Origin: an uncultured Candidatus Binatia bacterium
Lineage (GTDB): Bacteria; Desulfobacterota; Binatia; Bin18
Length of the DNA: 64,000 bases
Direction: 5' to 3'
Assembly: GCA_965214605.1 (NCBI GenBank)
Contig: OZ243961.1
Span: 4,224,001 to 4,288,000, forward strand
The position numbers and the translations under genes were made by a program. Numbering within the stretch: position 1 is the stretch's first letter; each line of letters starts with the position of its first letter. Below are positions 10,522 through 20,404 of this stretch, piece after piece. The notes under the pieces are model-generated. The model did no database searches. It was not told the DNA's origin and saw only the letters and a list, made by a program, of their open reading frames with translations.

Positions 10522-11211
10522 ATGGCCGAGAGCCGCGCTATTAACGCCGACCTGAGCCAACGGGCGGTAATGCACGTCGGGAGCATGACCTGGCAGGCGA
10601 GTCCGAGTCGGACGGTGTGGCGGAAACGGCTGTACTTGGTCGGCAGCACCGAAGCCGGTCAGGTGACGTCCGTTGTCCGCTATGATCCGAACTCGTCTTT
10701 TCCCGCTCATCAGCATCCGCGGGGAGAAGAAATTTTGGTGCTCGACGGGACGTTCTCGGACGAGCGTGGAGACTGGCCGGCCGGGACCTATCTGCTGAGT
10801 CCCGAGGGATTCCGACACGCGCCCTTCTCCAAACCGGGCTGTGTGCTGTTTGTGAAGCTGCGACAGTACGCCGGGCCGGGCCGTCGTTGCGTCATGGCTC
10901 GCACCGTTGAGCTGGCCTGGCAGCCGACCGACCGAGCCGGGATCGAGTCTAAATTCCTATACGCCCAAGAGGGCTTCGCCGACACGATGGAGTTGCAACG
11001 TTGGGCTCCGGGCACTTCTCCAGGGACGGTGACCTATCGGAATGGGGTTGAGATATTTGTTCTTAAAGGTGGGTTTGAGGACGAATACGGCGCATATCGA
11101 CGCTACTCGTGGCTGCGACTCCCGGCCCACGCCCGACACCATCCGGTATCGCCCAGCGGTTGTGAGCTGTACAGGAAAGTACATAGTACCTTGCCATGCT
11201 CCCACCCCTGA
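10522..11211 (+). CDS. ChrR-like tandem cupin protein
   Basis: HQHPRGEEILVLDG, FVKLRQ and a second degenerate cupin. Confidence 0.85.
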   Translation: MAESRAINADLSQRAVMHVGSMTWQASPSRTVWRKRLYLVGSTEAGQVTSVVRYDPNSSFPAHQHPRGEEILVLDGTFSDERGDWPAGTYLLSPEGFRHAPFSKPGCVLFVKLRQYAGPGRRCVMARTVELAWQPTDRAGIESKFLYAQEGFADTMELQRWAPGTSPGTVTYRNGVEIFVLKGGFEDEYGAYRRYSWLRLPAHARHHPVSPSGCELYRKVHSTLPCSHP

Positions 11212-11342
11212 TCGACACAATTGGGAATGTCGCCCTTTTGAGGTTGCCGTGCCTAGGCACGGCGAGGAACCTTGAAATAGTTGTAGACGGTCCGAAATAA
11301 AGAGCCCTATGGAAGAGACCCATATAAAAGGGGGAAATTGCA

Positions 11343-12194
11343 ATGCCACACTTGACTCGCTTACCCGCAACCGCTTCTCCAAAGGATGTAACCGCGGCGC
11401 TAGCCTGTGACGGCGCAGTGATCGTTGAAAACGCGATCGGTCGGCAGCAAGCCCAAGCCACGCTTGATGAACTGATGCCTTTTGTTGAGGCTACTCCGGT
11501 CGGTCGGGACGAGTTCTCCGGCTATCAGACCACGCGGACCGGGGCTCTGATTGCCCGCTCTGCGGCGTGTCGTGAACTCGTCATGCAGGATAAAATTCTG
11601 GGCGTGTGCGATGAGTTTTTGCTGCCCAACTGTAATCGCTACCAGCTTCATCTAGCCCAGGTCATCCGTCTCATGCCGGGCCAACCGAAACAGCTGTTGC
11701 ACCGCGACCGGTTGGTGTGGGGAGAGTATCTGCAGGGGCTCGAGCCACAGCTCAATACCCTGTGGGCGCTGACCGAGTTTACCGAGCAAAATGGCGCAAC
11801 CCAGCTCGTGCCGGGCAGCGCCGAGTGGCCCCAGGAGCGCGAGGCGACCCCGACGGAAATTACCTATGCCGAAATGTCGCCGGGCTCGGTTCTGGTGTAT
11901 TCTGGAACGGTTATCCATGCCGGCGGTGCAAATACCAGTCCGGCCGACCGAGTGGGGCTGAACATCACCTATTCTTTGGGCTGGCTGCGGCAGGAAGAAA
12001 ACCAGTACCTGTCCTGCCCGCCGGAGCTTGCCAAAGATTTCTCACCGCACCTCCAAGAGCTGCTCGGCTATACGATGATGAATTATGCCTTGGGTTACTT
12101 CACGCCACCGGTTGCGGCCGTCCAAGAGGTTGGTCTGCGGCCGCCGGAATTTGCCCTTGGCCGTCGGCCCCGCAAGCCGCGCAGATTTGCCTAG
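11343..12194 (+). CDS. Phytanoyl-CoA dioxygenase (PhyH) family Fe/2OG oxygenase
   Basis: LHRD...H..GAN..DR, GWLRQEENQYL. Confidence 0.9.
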   Translation: MPHLTRLPATASPKDVTAALACDGAVIVENAIGRQQAQATLDELMPFVEATPVGRDEFSGYQTTRTGALIARSAACRELVMQDKILGVCDEFLLPNCNRYQLHLAQVIRLMPGQPKQLLHRDRLVWGEYLQGLEPQLNTLWALTEFTEQNGATQLVPGSAEWPQEREATPTEITYAEMSPGSVLVYSGTVIHAGGANTSPADRVGLNITYSLGWLRQEENQYLSCPPELAKDFSPHLQELLGYTMMNYALGYFTPPVAAVQEVGLRPPEFALGRRPRKPRRFA

Positions 12195-12210
12195 TACCAA
12201 GGAGCTTCCC

Positions 12211-12250
12211 ATGAAGGTCATGCCTCACCTGCCCTCGACCGCGTCGGTTC
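12211..12250 (+). pseudogene. 5' stub of a deleted second PhyH-like gene
   Basis: AAGGAG RBS then MKVMPHLPSTASV, similar to the preceding gene start MPHLTRLPATAS. Confidence 0.35.
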
Positions 12251-12666
12251 GCCTGACCGAGCGTGAAGATCACCCACCGGACGGATAAAACTCACGAATT
12301 GCCGGACAAGAACGGAAACGGGCAGGCGCGTGGGAAGCTGCTGCTCTTCTGCTCTTGGCTAAACGCAGGGGCGGAACGTTTGGCAAACACCTGTCGCCAG
12401 GCTATAGGTAGTTCCCTACAGGAGGGCTGTTCAGGTGACACAAAAGGTTTTCCCGCCTCAAGCTTTCCACTCGGTCTGGATAAACCCTGTGATTTTTACG
12501 CAAACGTCACGATACGATCGCAACATAAACTGCGGATGGGCTGGGATGAAGAGCCTGAGGAGACCTCGGTCGGCCGTCATGATTGAGGCACCCAGAAATT
12601 TGCAGTGAACGGAGACCGGACTACGGGGGCCGCTCTGACACCCGATGGCACGAAACGAGGACAGCG

Positions 12667-13812
12667 ATGAAAACTCCTATTTGTGAGATGTTTGGCATCG
12701 AGTTTCCGCTTATTGCTTTTACCCACTGTCGAGACGTGGTGGTGGCGGTCTCCAAAGCCGGCGCTATGGGGGTCTTCGGCGCTGTGGCCCATCCCCCTGA
12801 TCGTCTGGAAGAAGAGTTGCGCTGGATTGACGAGCACATTGATGGCAAGCCGTACGGTATCGACCTCATTGTGCCGAACAAGATTGCTCAGGAGAGTATC
12901 GGCGGACTGGATAGGGACAAGGTGCAGGCCGTTATTCCCGAGGCGTATTTTCGGTTTGCGGCCGAAATTCTCGCCCAGTATGATATCCCTTCGGAGGGCG
13001 TGTATAGATTCGGCGATGATTCTTTTCGGGCCAGCCAGAATATGCAGGCCAGCGGCGCGGCTGAAGTCCTGGAGGTCGCCTTCTCGCATCCCATCAAACT
13101 TGTCGCCAACGCGCTAGGTGTCCCGCCCCAGATCATGCTCGACATGGGCAAACACCACCACGTTCCGGTAGCCGCCCTAGTCGGGGCTCAGCACCACGCC
13201 CTACGCCAAGTCCAGGCCGGCGTTGATCTGCTGGTAGTCGCCGGCGGTGAAGCGGGCGGCCACTGCGGCGACGTTTCGACCTTAGTGTTAATCCCTGAAA
13301 TCTGCCAGGCAGTTGAGGCCTATGGCAATGTCCCGGTTTTGGCTGCCGGAGGGATTGTGACCGGCCGTCAAATGGCCGCCTGCATGGCTATGGGAGCGGC
13401 CGGCGCGTGGACCGGTTCAGTGTGGCTGACAACAAGCGAGGCGGAAACCAACCCGGTGGTCAAGGAAAAAATGCTGCGCGCCTCCTCGCGCGATACTGTA
13501 CGCTCTAAAGCCCGAACCGGCAAGTATTCTCGCCAGCTCAAGTCGCCTTGGACCGATGCCTGGGAGGCCAAGGGCAGCCCCACGCCGCTCCCCATGCCCC
13601 TGCAGTCACTGGTCGCCGAGCCCGCGTTGCGCGAGGTTGATAAGCTGTCCCAGAGCGGCCATGAGGGCGCAAAAGCATTGGCTACATATTGGGTCGGCCA
13701 GGGGGTGGGGCTGATGAACCGTCAGATGTCGGCTGGCGCGCTGGTCCAAGAGTTTAAGGAGGATTTTTTTAACGCCTTTGTGCGTCTGTCCGACGCGTTG
13801 GAGGCAGAATAA
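12667..13812 (+). CDS. Nitronate monooxygenase family (FMN-dependent)
   Basis: MKTPICEMFGIEFP, EAGGH, AAGGI, GQGVG. Confidence 0.9.
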   Translation: MKTPICEMFGIEFPLIAFTHCRDVVVAVSKAGAMGVFGAVAHPPDRLEEELRWIDEHIDGKPYGIDLIVPNKIAQESIGGLDRDKVQAVIPEAYFRFAAEILAQYDIPSEGVYRFGDDSFRASQNMQASGAAEVLEVAFSHPIKLVANALGVPPQIMLDMGKHHHVPVAALVGAQHHALRQVQAGVDLLVVAGGEAGGHCGDVSTLVLIPEICQAVEAYGNVPVLAAGGIVTGRQMAACMAMGAAGAWTGSVWLTTSEAETNPVVKEKMLRASSRDTVRSKARTGKYSRQLKSPWTDAWEAKGSPTPLPMPLQSLVAEPALREVDKLSQSGHEGAKALATYWVGQGVGLMNRQMSAGALVQEFKEDFFNAFVRLSDALEAE

Positions 13813-13825
13813 GGAGGGGACCCTT

Positions 13826-14767
13826 ATGGCGGAAATACGAGAAATCACCTCAGGCCTGCGGTATCCGGAGGGCCCGGTGGCCATGGATGACGGCAGCGTG
13901 ATTGTCACCGAGCTGCAGGTCGGGAGGCTGGTGCGAGTGCAGCCGGATGGAACGAAAGAGGTGGTGGCCGAGCTGGGTGGTTCGGCAAACGGAGCCGCCG
14001 TTGGTCCGGACGGCCTCATGTACGTGTGCAACAACGGCGGACTCAAGATGATTGAGATTGACGGCAAACTCATCCCCGCAGAAGGTCTGCCAGACGACTA
14101 TACGGGCGGCTGTATTCAACGGGTCAACCTCGCCACCGGGGCGGTTGAAACGCTGTATACCGAGTGTGACGGACATCAGCTGCGCGGTCCGAACGATCTT
14201 GTCTTTGATGCCGCGGGTGGGTTTTGGTTCACCGACTTTGGCAAGGTGCAGGAACGACACAAAGATCGTGGGGGCGTGTATTACGCCAAGCCGGACGGAT
14301 CGCTGATTCAAGAGATGGTATATCCGATTGACGGCCCAAACGGCGTTGGGCTGGCTCCTGGTGATACCAAGCTGTACGTGCCACAAACCTTCGAGGGCCG
14401 GGTGTGGGAGTGGGAGCTGGCCGGACCCGGAGCATTTGCCGATGCGGGCAGTGGAGACGGGCAGATGCTGACCGGGCCTGGTGGGGGAAAGCTGTTAGCC
14501 GGACTACCCGGCTACCAACTGCTTGATTCCATGGCGGTTGATAGCGCGGGCAACGTGTGTATCGCAACCCTGATGAACGGCGGTATCACCGTGATCTCGC
14601 CCGGCGGCGAGTCGGTCGCCCATATCCCCACCCCTGATCCGCTGACAACGAATATCTGCTTTGGCGGACCGGATCTCAAAACGGCCTACATCACCCTGAC
14701 CGGCTTGGGGGCTCTGGTTGCCATGGACTGGCCTCGACCGGGGCTGAAACTGCACTATACCCGCTGA
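13826..14767 (+). CDS. SMP-30/gluconolactonase/LRE family protein
   Basis: PEGP, PNDL, PNG, D-x-MAVD, TNICFGG; AAGGAGG RBS. Confidence 0.92.
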   Translation: MAEIREITSGLRYPEGPVAMDDGSVIVTELQVGRLVRVQPDGTKEVVAELGGSANGAAVGPDGLMYVCNNGGLKMIEIDGKLIPAEGLPDDYTGGCIQRVNLATGAVETLYTECDGHQLRGPNDLVFDAAGGFWFTDFGKVQERHKDRGGVYYAKPDGSLIQEMVYPIDGPNGVGLAPGDTKLYVPQTFEGRVWEWELAGPGAFADAGSGDGQMLTGPGGGKLLAGLPGYQLLDSMAVDSAGNVCIATLMNGGITVISPGGESVAHIPTPDPLTTNICFGGPDLKTAYITLTGLGALVAMDWPRPGLKLHYTR

Positions 14768-14794
14768 TGTCTACACCAAGACAAGGGAGAGGAT

Positions 14795-15334
14795 ATGCCT
14801 GAGGAACGACCCTTTACCTCCGAAGAGATTCAGAAGCTGCGCGAACTGCTGGAAATCGAAGCCATACGCAAGGTTAGAACCCTCTACACCCACCTTTTGG
14901 ACGGCGGGGATATCGGCGCGTTGGCGGCGCTGTTTACCGAGGATGCTCTGTGTGAGTTTGGGCCATACGGCGAATGGCGTGGCCGGGAAACGATTAGACA
15001 CAACTACCAACAGGTGTTCAGCGCTCAGATAAAAGATACGTTCGGCTCTCTGCACAACACGGGCAACCACTGGATTGAGCTGACCGGTCCGACAACTGCG
15101 GTGGGTCGGTCCTACCTTATCGACGTACTTACCCATACCGACCCGGCCACCAACCCGGTCGAGTGGTTCGGGCTGTATGACGACGCCTATCAGAAAGTCG
15201 AGGGCGCGTGGCTCATTGAGCGTATCAGCCTGCAGTTTCTGTGGCCGCAGCGCCAGTTTACCAACGGCTTTGCAATGCCGTTTCCGCCAAGGCAACTCGG
15301 GATCAGACCCAAGACTCAAGGAGGCGTAGCATGA
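14795..15334 (+). CDS. SnoaL-like/NTF2-fold protein
   Basis: IEAIR..Y..LD...LFTEDA, H..GN.WIEL, YDDAYQK...W.I. Confidence 0.8.
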   Translation: MPEERPFTSEEIQKLRELLEIEAIRKVRTLYTHLLDGGDIGALAALFTEDALCEFGPYGEWRGRETIRHNYQQVFSAQIKDTFGSLHNTGNHWIELTGPTTAVGRSYLIDVLTHTDPATNPVEWFGLYDDAYQKVEGAWLIERISLQFLWPQRQFTNGFAMPFPPRQLGIRPKTQGGVA

Positions 15335-16113
15335 TTCGCTTAACATTTGTCCTCCGTCGTAAACCCGGCATGTCACGCGCCGAATTCCACAAGTACTGGC
15401 GTGAGGTACACGGTCCCTTGGTGGCTAAGCACGCCACCGCCCTAGCGGTTCACCGCTATGTACAGGTCCATACTCTCGATGATCCGATCAACGACCAGCT
15501 GGCTTCCGCGCGGGGCGGCATGGAGCCGATCTATGACGGCGTGGCAGAGGTGTGGTGGACCAATCGCGCGGCCTTGGTCAACACTTTTGGGACCGAGGCG
15601 GGTCGCGCGGCGGTTCAGGAATTGGTCGAGGACGAGGCGCGATTTATTGATCTGGCCCAGTCACCGCTGTGGCTGGCCTATGAATATCCTCAGGTCAACC
15701 CGATTCCAGAGGAGTTGGTGGCGCGGGAAAATAGCGGTTTGCTGAAGCTGTTCTTCTGTCTGCGACACCCCGACACGCTCAATCTTGACGAGGCCCAGCT
15801 GTACTGGCGCACCAACCACGGCCCGCTGATTCGGGGGGTGGCGTCCGCCATGCGAATGAAACGCTACCTGCAAGTCCACCGCTTCGAGGATGAGATCGAA
15901 GCCCAGCTCCGAGCCAGCCGAGGGACGACGGTTGCGCCCTACACCGGTCATGCCGAAGCCTGGTTCGACCGGGTTGACCTAGCCTCGGTCGGGACCACAC
16001 CGGAGGGCCGGCAGGCAATGCAGGTGGCGGTTGAGGATGAATCCCACTTCATTGATTTTCCGCGCTCGGCCATGTGGGTCGCCAAAGAACGGGTGTTTAT
16101 CGATCGGAGATAG
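15331..16113 (+). CDS. Tandem EthD-domain protein
   Basis: Two YWRxxHGPL...YxGxAExW...DExxFID repeats; ATGA overlap with the upstream gene. Confidence 0.85.
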   Translation: MIRLTFVLRRKPGMSRAEFHKYWREVHGPLVAKHATALAVHRYVQVHTLDDPINDQLASARGGMEPIYDGVAEVWWTNRAALVNTFGTEAGRAAVQELVEDEARFIDLAQSPLWLAYEYPQVNPIPEELVARENSGLLKLFFCLRHPDTLNLDEAQLYWRTNHGPLIRGVASAMRMKRYLQVHRFEDEIEAQLRASRGTTVAPYTGHAEAWFDRVDLASVGTTPEGRQAMQVAVEDESHFIDFPRSAMWVAKERVFIDRR

Positions 16114-16116
16114 CGA

Positions 16117-16533
16117 TCAGTCAATCCGATTGAACACCACGACTGGGATCTGCCGGGTGGTTTTTTTCTGGTAGTCGTTAAAAATTGGCATCTGCTCAGC
16201 CTGCCGGTCGAACAGCCGCTGGCGCTCCTCGCCGCCCGTCACCTCTGCTTTGGCCCGAAAGCGTTCGGTTCCGATTTCGAGTGTGATCTCGGGATTCGCG
16301 ACTAGGTTGTGATACCAGCCCGGGTGGTGGGGCGCTCCAGCGAAAGAGGCAATGACAACAATGCGATCCCCGTCGGTCGTATACACCAGTGGCTTCGTGA
16401 TCGTTCGGCCACTCTTGGCTCCGGTCATGGTTAGCAGCACCACCGGCATATTCTCCATCTGTCCTCCGACCTTGCCCTCGTTGGCCCGAAATTCCTCAAT
16501 CACCTTTTTATTGTACTCGTTGAGCTCTGACAT
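16117..16533 (-). CDS. Deazaflavin (F420H2)-dependent nitroreductase, Ddn/FDOR-A family
   Basis: IEEFRAN.G.VGG, GAKSG, P.WYHNL.ANP, YQKKT.RQIPV. Confidence 0.92.
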   Translation of the reverse strand: MSELNEYNKKVIEEFRANEGKVGGQMENMPVVLLTMTGAKSGRTITKPLVYTTDGDRIVVIASFAGAPHHPGWYHNLVANPEITLEIGTERFRAKAEVTGGEERQRLFDRQAEQMPIFNDYQKKTTRQIPVVVFNRID

Positions 16534-16739
16534 ATATTCCTCCGTGTGATTTTGCTCTGATCCGTGTCTTTGGCCTGTTCATTGGCTACACTGAAAGCCG
16601 CTGTCAGGCAAGCGGTCCCCCAGCCCGGTGTCTGGGACGGGCGCGCGCTGGGCAGCCTGGGGGGCTGTCCTCCGCCAAGAAGAGAGTTTATGCCAATCCC
16701 AACGATTTTCTGCAATGATCAGAAACTTTCCCCCTTTAC

Positions 16740-17055
16740 CCGGCCCTCAAGATCGTGGTGGCCGGGGGGAAAGCCTCGTGGATGGAGGAAGTGTTGGAGA
16801 AGATGGAAGCGTCGCCCCGCACCATTCCCCTGCTCCACTACTACCCGGTCCGCACCGACGTGTGGGAAGCAGGACGGGTGGTGCTCGGCTTTGACGCCGA
16901 GCAGCGGCTGATCCAGCACCTGCCCCGGCTCTTCGCCCACTCTGGGGCTCACGCTATCCCCAGCAAGACACGACCAGTGCCTGGGAGGCGATTGCCCAGC
17001 TCAGACAGGCGTCGGTCGCCGAGCCCACGCTTGCCCAGATGCTGGGGGGCAACGC
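16740..17055 (+). repeat. Dispersed inverted copy of the 3' part of the amidohydrolase gene at 53539-53870
   Basis: Manual alignment: 316 vs 332 bp, with 9-bp and 7-bp deletions and about five substitutions. Confidence 0.95.
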
Positions 17056-17097
17056 ATAGCTTGAGGCCTGCAATTCTGCTTCTGGCCTCTCCCAAAA

Positions 17098-18318
17098 TCA
17101 GACCGGGCCGCTGTGCAGAATCCCCCTGCGTTCCAGCTCCTGGACCTCGTCCGGGGGATAGCCGAGCCACTCAGTCAGAATCTCGGCATTATGCTCGCCC
17201 AACAGCGGGGCTTGTAAATCGAGGGGCGTCGGAAATTCTGAAAATCGTAGAGCAAATCCCGGCACGTCGAGGTCGCCAAGTATCCGATCGTGCACCGTCC
17301 GCACGGTCCCGCGCTGACGCAGATGGGGATGCTGGAGTGCCTCGGGCACGGACAGAATCGGCGCAATCGGCACGTGATGCGCCTTCAGCCTCTCAATCGC
17401 CGCGTCGTCGCTCGGCTGGGTGCGAATCCAGTCCTCGATGATCTGCACCAAGGCCTTCAGATTGTTCATCCGTGCGGCGTTATCGGTAAAGCGTGGGTCG
17501 CGTGCCATTTCTGGACACCCCATTGCCTGGCACAACTTCGACCAGTGCTGCTCTAAGGGCGCGATGAGGATCATGTAACGCTCGCGTCCCTTAAAGACAC
17601 CGGCCGGACTAGCGTACCACGAATGCGCTCCGGAACGGGTCGGATTGATCGCGCCCTTACTCAGACTATACATCTGGAAGCTGGCCTCATGATAATGGGC
17701 ATACGTATCCAGGAGAGAGAGGTCTAGGTGCTGCCCGCGGCCGGTCCGTTCCCGGTATAACAGGGCGGCGCAGATCGCGCCCATGGCATGCGCGCCGGTT
17801 GAAACGTCGCCCATGGCGACCATGGCGAAGATGGGCGACCCATCTTTCTCGCCTCCCATTGAGGTGATGCCTGAGTAGGCCGCTCCCACCCAGTCAAAGC
17901 CCGGTTCATGGGCCAGCGGTCCGGTTTGGCCAAAGGCAGAGATGGAGCACATGACCAGCCCCGGATTGAGCTGGCTCACCACCGCATAGTCGAGGCCGAG
18001 GCGCCCGATTACTCCTGGGGCGTAGTTTTCCACCAGAACATCGACTTTCTTGACCAACCCTTTGAGGATCTTGAGTCCCTCGGGCGTTTTGGCGTCAAGG
18101 CACAGGTCCTTTTTGCCGCGGTTATGCTGGACAAAATACCCGCTGCGGCCGTCAAGGACGACCGGGCCGAGGCGCGCACCGTCGCCGGTCGGAGCCAGCT
18201 CGACCTTGATCACCTCAGCCCCCATTTCGGCCATCATCAAAGTGCAGGTCGGCCCTGCCACAATCTGTGAGAAATCCAGAACCTTGTAGCCCTCAAGCAC
18301 GTGCGTCGATTGGGTCAT
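17098..18318 (-). CDS. CaiB/BaiF family III CoA-transferase
   Basis: VLDFSQIVAGP, GAEVIKVE, NRGKK, ENYAPG, APLLGEHN. Confidence 0.93.
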   Translation of the reverse strand: MTQSTHVLEGYKVLDFSQIVAGPTCTLMMAEMGAEVIKVELAPTGDGARLGPVVLDGRSGYFVQHNRGKKDLCLDAKTPEGLKILKGLVKKVDVLVENYAPGVIGRLGLDYAVVSQLNPGLVMCSISAFGQTGPLAHEPGFDWVGAAYSGITSMGGEKDGSPIFAMVAMGDVSTGAHAMGAICAALLYRERTGRGQHLDLSLLDTYAHYHEASFQMYSLSKGAINPTRSGAHSWYASPAGVFKGRERYMILIAPLEQHWSKLCQAMGCPEMARDPRFTDNAARMNNLKALVQIIEDWIRTQPSDDAAIERLKAHHVPIAPILSVPEALQHPHLRQRGTVRTVHDRILGDLDVPGFALRFSEFPTPLDLQAPLLGEHNAEILTEWLGYPPDEVQELERRGILHSGPV

Positions 18319-18743
18319 CGCGGTCTTCCTCCCGGTCCCGAGAACGGCGCTTCGACGAGAGCCAGCGCCACAATCTTCCACCTCTCCGCATCCCGACGGT
18401 ATAGATACGTGGCTCGCAGTTTCTCCAAAACTGAACCGTCTCGTTTGTAGCGGGTCACATCGGCCACTATTTGGGCCAGCGACCCGGAATAGGGAAAGAC
18501 TTGGAGCCCATCAATCTCGCTGCGTCCCCACCCGCTGGCATGCAAACCCGCCATAATGTTTTGATACACCGTATGATGGTCGGCCTCGGTCTGGACGTTG
18601 GTGAGACCCTGCTCGCCGCTGAGCATGACATGTGGGTGGGCGTAGCAGCCGACAAACGCGGCCGCGTCTTCACGGTTGAAGACCGCAATATAGTGGTGAT
18701 AGGCAGCCTCGATTTCCCGAACGATTAGGTTTGCCTCAGCCAT
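18315..18743 (-). CDS. NTF2-like protein
   Basis: Y..FN..D, P..M, RY..DG, ATYL...W.I pattern; overlaps the CoA-transferase start. Confidence 0.7.
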   Translation of the reverse strand: MAEANLIVREIEAAYHHYIAVFNREDAAAFVGCYAHPHVMLSGEQGLTNVQTEADHHTVYQNIMAGLHASGWGRSEIDGLQVFPYSGSLAQIVADVTRYKRDGSVLEKLRATYLYRRDAERWKIVALALVEAPFSGPGGRPR

Positions 18744-18901
18744 ACAGCCCTCCTGTTTTCGTGATCCTTCCGTGCGGAAAGACGTCCTGTTGGTGAGTGC
18801 TATACCACTCCAGGACTGCCTGGAAAAGAGAAGAGTGGCCTCGGATAACCACGTTCACGGATGTGAGCTTGCGGAGAGCCCGGAATGCCGATAGGGAGGG
18901 T

Positions 18902-19990
18902 ATGATGCGACTCGAAACCCTTTTGCCGCTCGGCAAGGTTGATCCGGGTTTGCGGGAGCCCGAAACCCCGCTCAATCTTGGCAGCGTGGCGGCCGACGCC
19001 CGACTGTTGGAGCGTCTCGGATACACCGGACTGGTGGTTGAGGAGACCAAAGACGATCCTTTTGTCATCATGGCCTTGGCGGCTCAGGCAACGACTCGAT
19101 TACGGCTTGGAACCGCGGTCGCTCTGGCCTTTCCACGCAGTCCGACGGTCACTGCGCTGAGCGCCTGGACCATCCAAAAACTGTCCGCGGGGCGTTTTAC
19201 GCTGGGTCTGGGGACACAGGTCAGAGGTCATATTCAACGCCGATACGGTATGCGGTGGTCGGCGCCGGCGCCGTGGATGCGCGAGTATATCGTCGCCGTC
19301 CGGGCCCTCTGGGCGCACTGGCAGACCAACGCACCGCTCAACATTCAGGGACAGCACTACACCATCAACCTGATGGTTCCGCTGTTCAATCCCGGTCCGA
19401 TTGAGCACCCGAATATCCCGATCCATCTGGCTGCGGTGAACAAGCTCATGTGTCGCGTTGCCGGCGAGGTCGCCGATGGGATCAGACCCCACCCGGTATG
19501 TACCCCGTCATATATCCAGCAGCGGATGTTGCCCGAGGTGCGGGTCGGTGCGGCCCGCACGGGCCGCTCGCTCAGTGACTTCCGGGTAGCTATGAAGCCT
19601 TTAGTTGCCACCGCTGCGACACGTGACGAACTTGTGCCAAAGATTCGTGATGCGCGGGCCAGGATCGCCTTTTACGCCTCGACGCCGAGCTATATCGTCG
19701 CCTTCGAGCACCTCGGTCTGGCTGATCTGACCCGTACCTGCAAGATCTTGTCGCGCCAGCAGCGCTGGGAGGAGCTTCCGGCCCATATCACGGACGAGAT
19801 CCTGGAGCAGTTCGTGACAATCGGGACCTATGATGAGATTGCCGACAAGCTCATCGACCGCTTTGGCCAGCTGGTTACCGACATTGAATTTTCTATTGCG
19901 CCTAAGACCGACGTCGAACGCAACCTGTTCGCCGATATGGTGCGCAAGATTCAGACCGATGATAGCGACCGGGGGCGGCGGGCAATCTAA
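18902..19990 (+). CDS. F420-dependent LLM oxidoreductase (TIGR03617-like)
   Basis: ET..DPF, AFPRSP, GLGTQV.GH, FYASTP.Y. Confidence 0.88.
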   Translation: MMRLETLLPLGKVDPGLREPETPLNLGSVAADARLLERLGYTGLVVEETKDDPFVIMALAAQATTRLRLGTAVALAFPRSPTVTALSAWTIQKLSAGRFTLGLGTQVRGHIQRRYGMRWSAPAPWMREYIVAVRALWAHWQTNAPLNIQGQHYTINLMVPLFNPGPIEHPNIPIHLAAVNKLMCRVAGEVADGIRPHPVCTPSYIQQRMLPEVRVGAARTGRSLSDFRVAMKPLVATAATRDELVPKIRDARARIAFYASTPSYIVAFEHLGLADLTRTCKILSRQQRWEELPAHITDEILEQFVTIGTYDEIADKLIDRFGQLVTDIEFSIAPKTDVERNLFADMVRKIQTDDSDRGRRAI

Positions 19991-20002
19991 GGAGGACGGC
20001 AG

Positions 20003-20365
20003 ATGAAACCGATTACCGGGGCGGAGTATCTAGCGGCTGAGCGCTATCCATCTCAGGCTGCCTTTCTCGCTGCCGCCGCCAAGATCTATGGGTTTAAGCT
20101 CCCCCCTGACTACGAATCGATTCAGGCCAACGCCGCACTGTTTGGCCGCATGTTTTTGCAGGAATTAGTCCGCAAGCTGTTGGTCGCTAACGGCCGTGGA
20201 TTCGATCCACAGGCGCAATCCAAACAGCAAGGGAATTGTTGCGCAACCTGGATCTTTGGATTCATGCGCTGCATGGACTGCGTGTATATTCCCGAGGGTC
20301 AGCAGCTCAAGACCTTTTACGATGCCGAAAGGGCAAAGATTACCGAACTGGCCAGCCAGGCCTAG
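20003..20365 (+). CDS. Hypothetical protein with CC-x9-CxxC cluster
   Basis: Strong AAGGAGG RBS, operonic position, GNCCATWIFGFMRCMDC. Confidence 0.65.
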   Translation: MKPITGAEYLAAERYPSQAAFLAAAAKIYGFKLPPDYESIQANAALFGRMFLQELVRKLLVANGRGFDPQAQSKQQGNCCATWIFGFMRCMDCVYIPEGQQLKTFYDAERAKITELASQA

Positions 20366-20404
20366 GGGCGATACCTCTCTCGTCCCTAGGCCCGCCCGGG
20401 CGGT

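Noticed and set aside
16755-17441. 228-aa ORF
   Set aside because: Chimera of the duplicated amidohydrolase fragment and antisense CoA-transferase sequence
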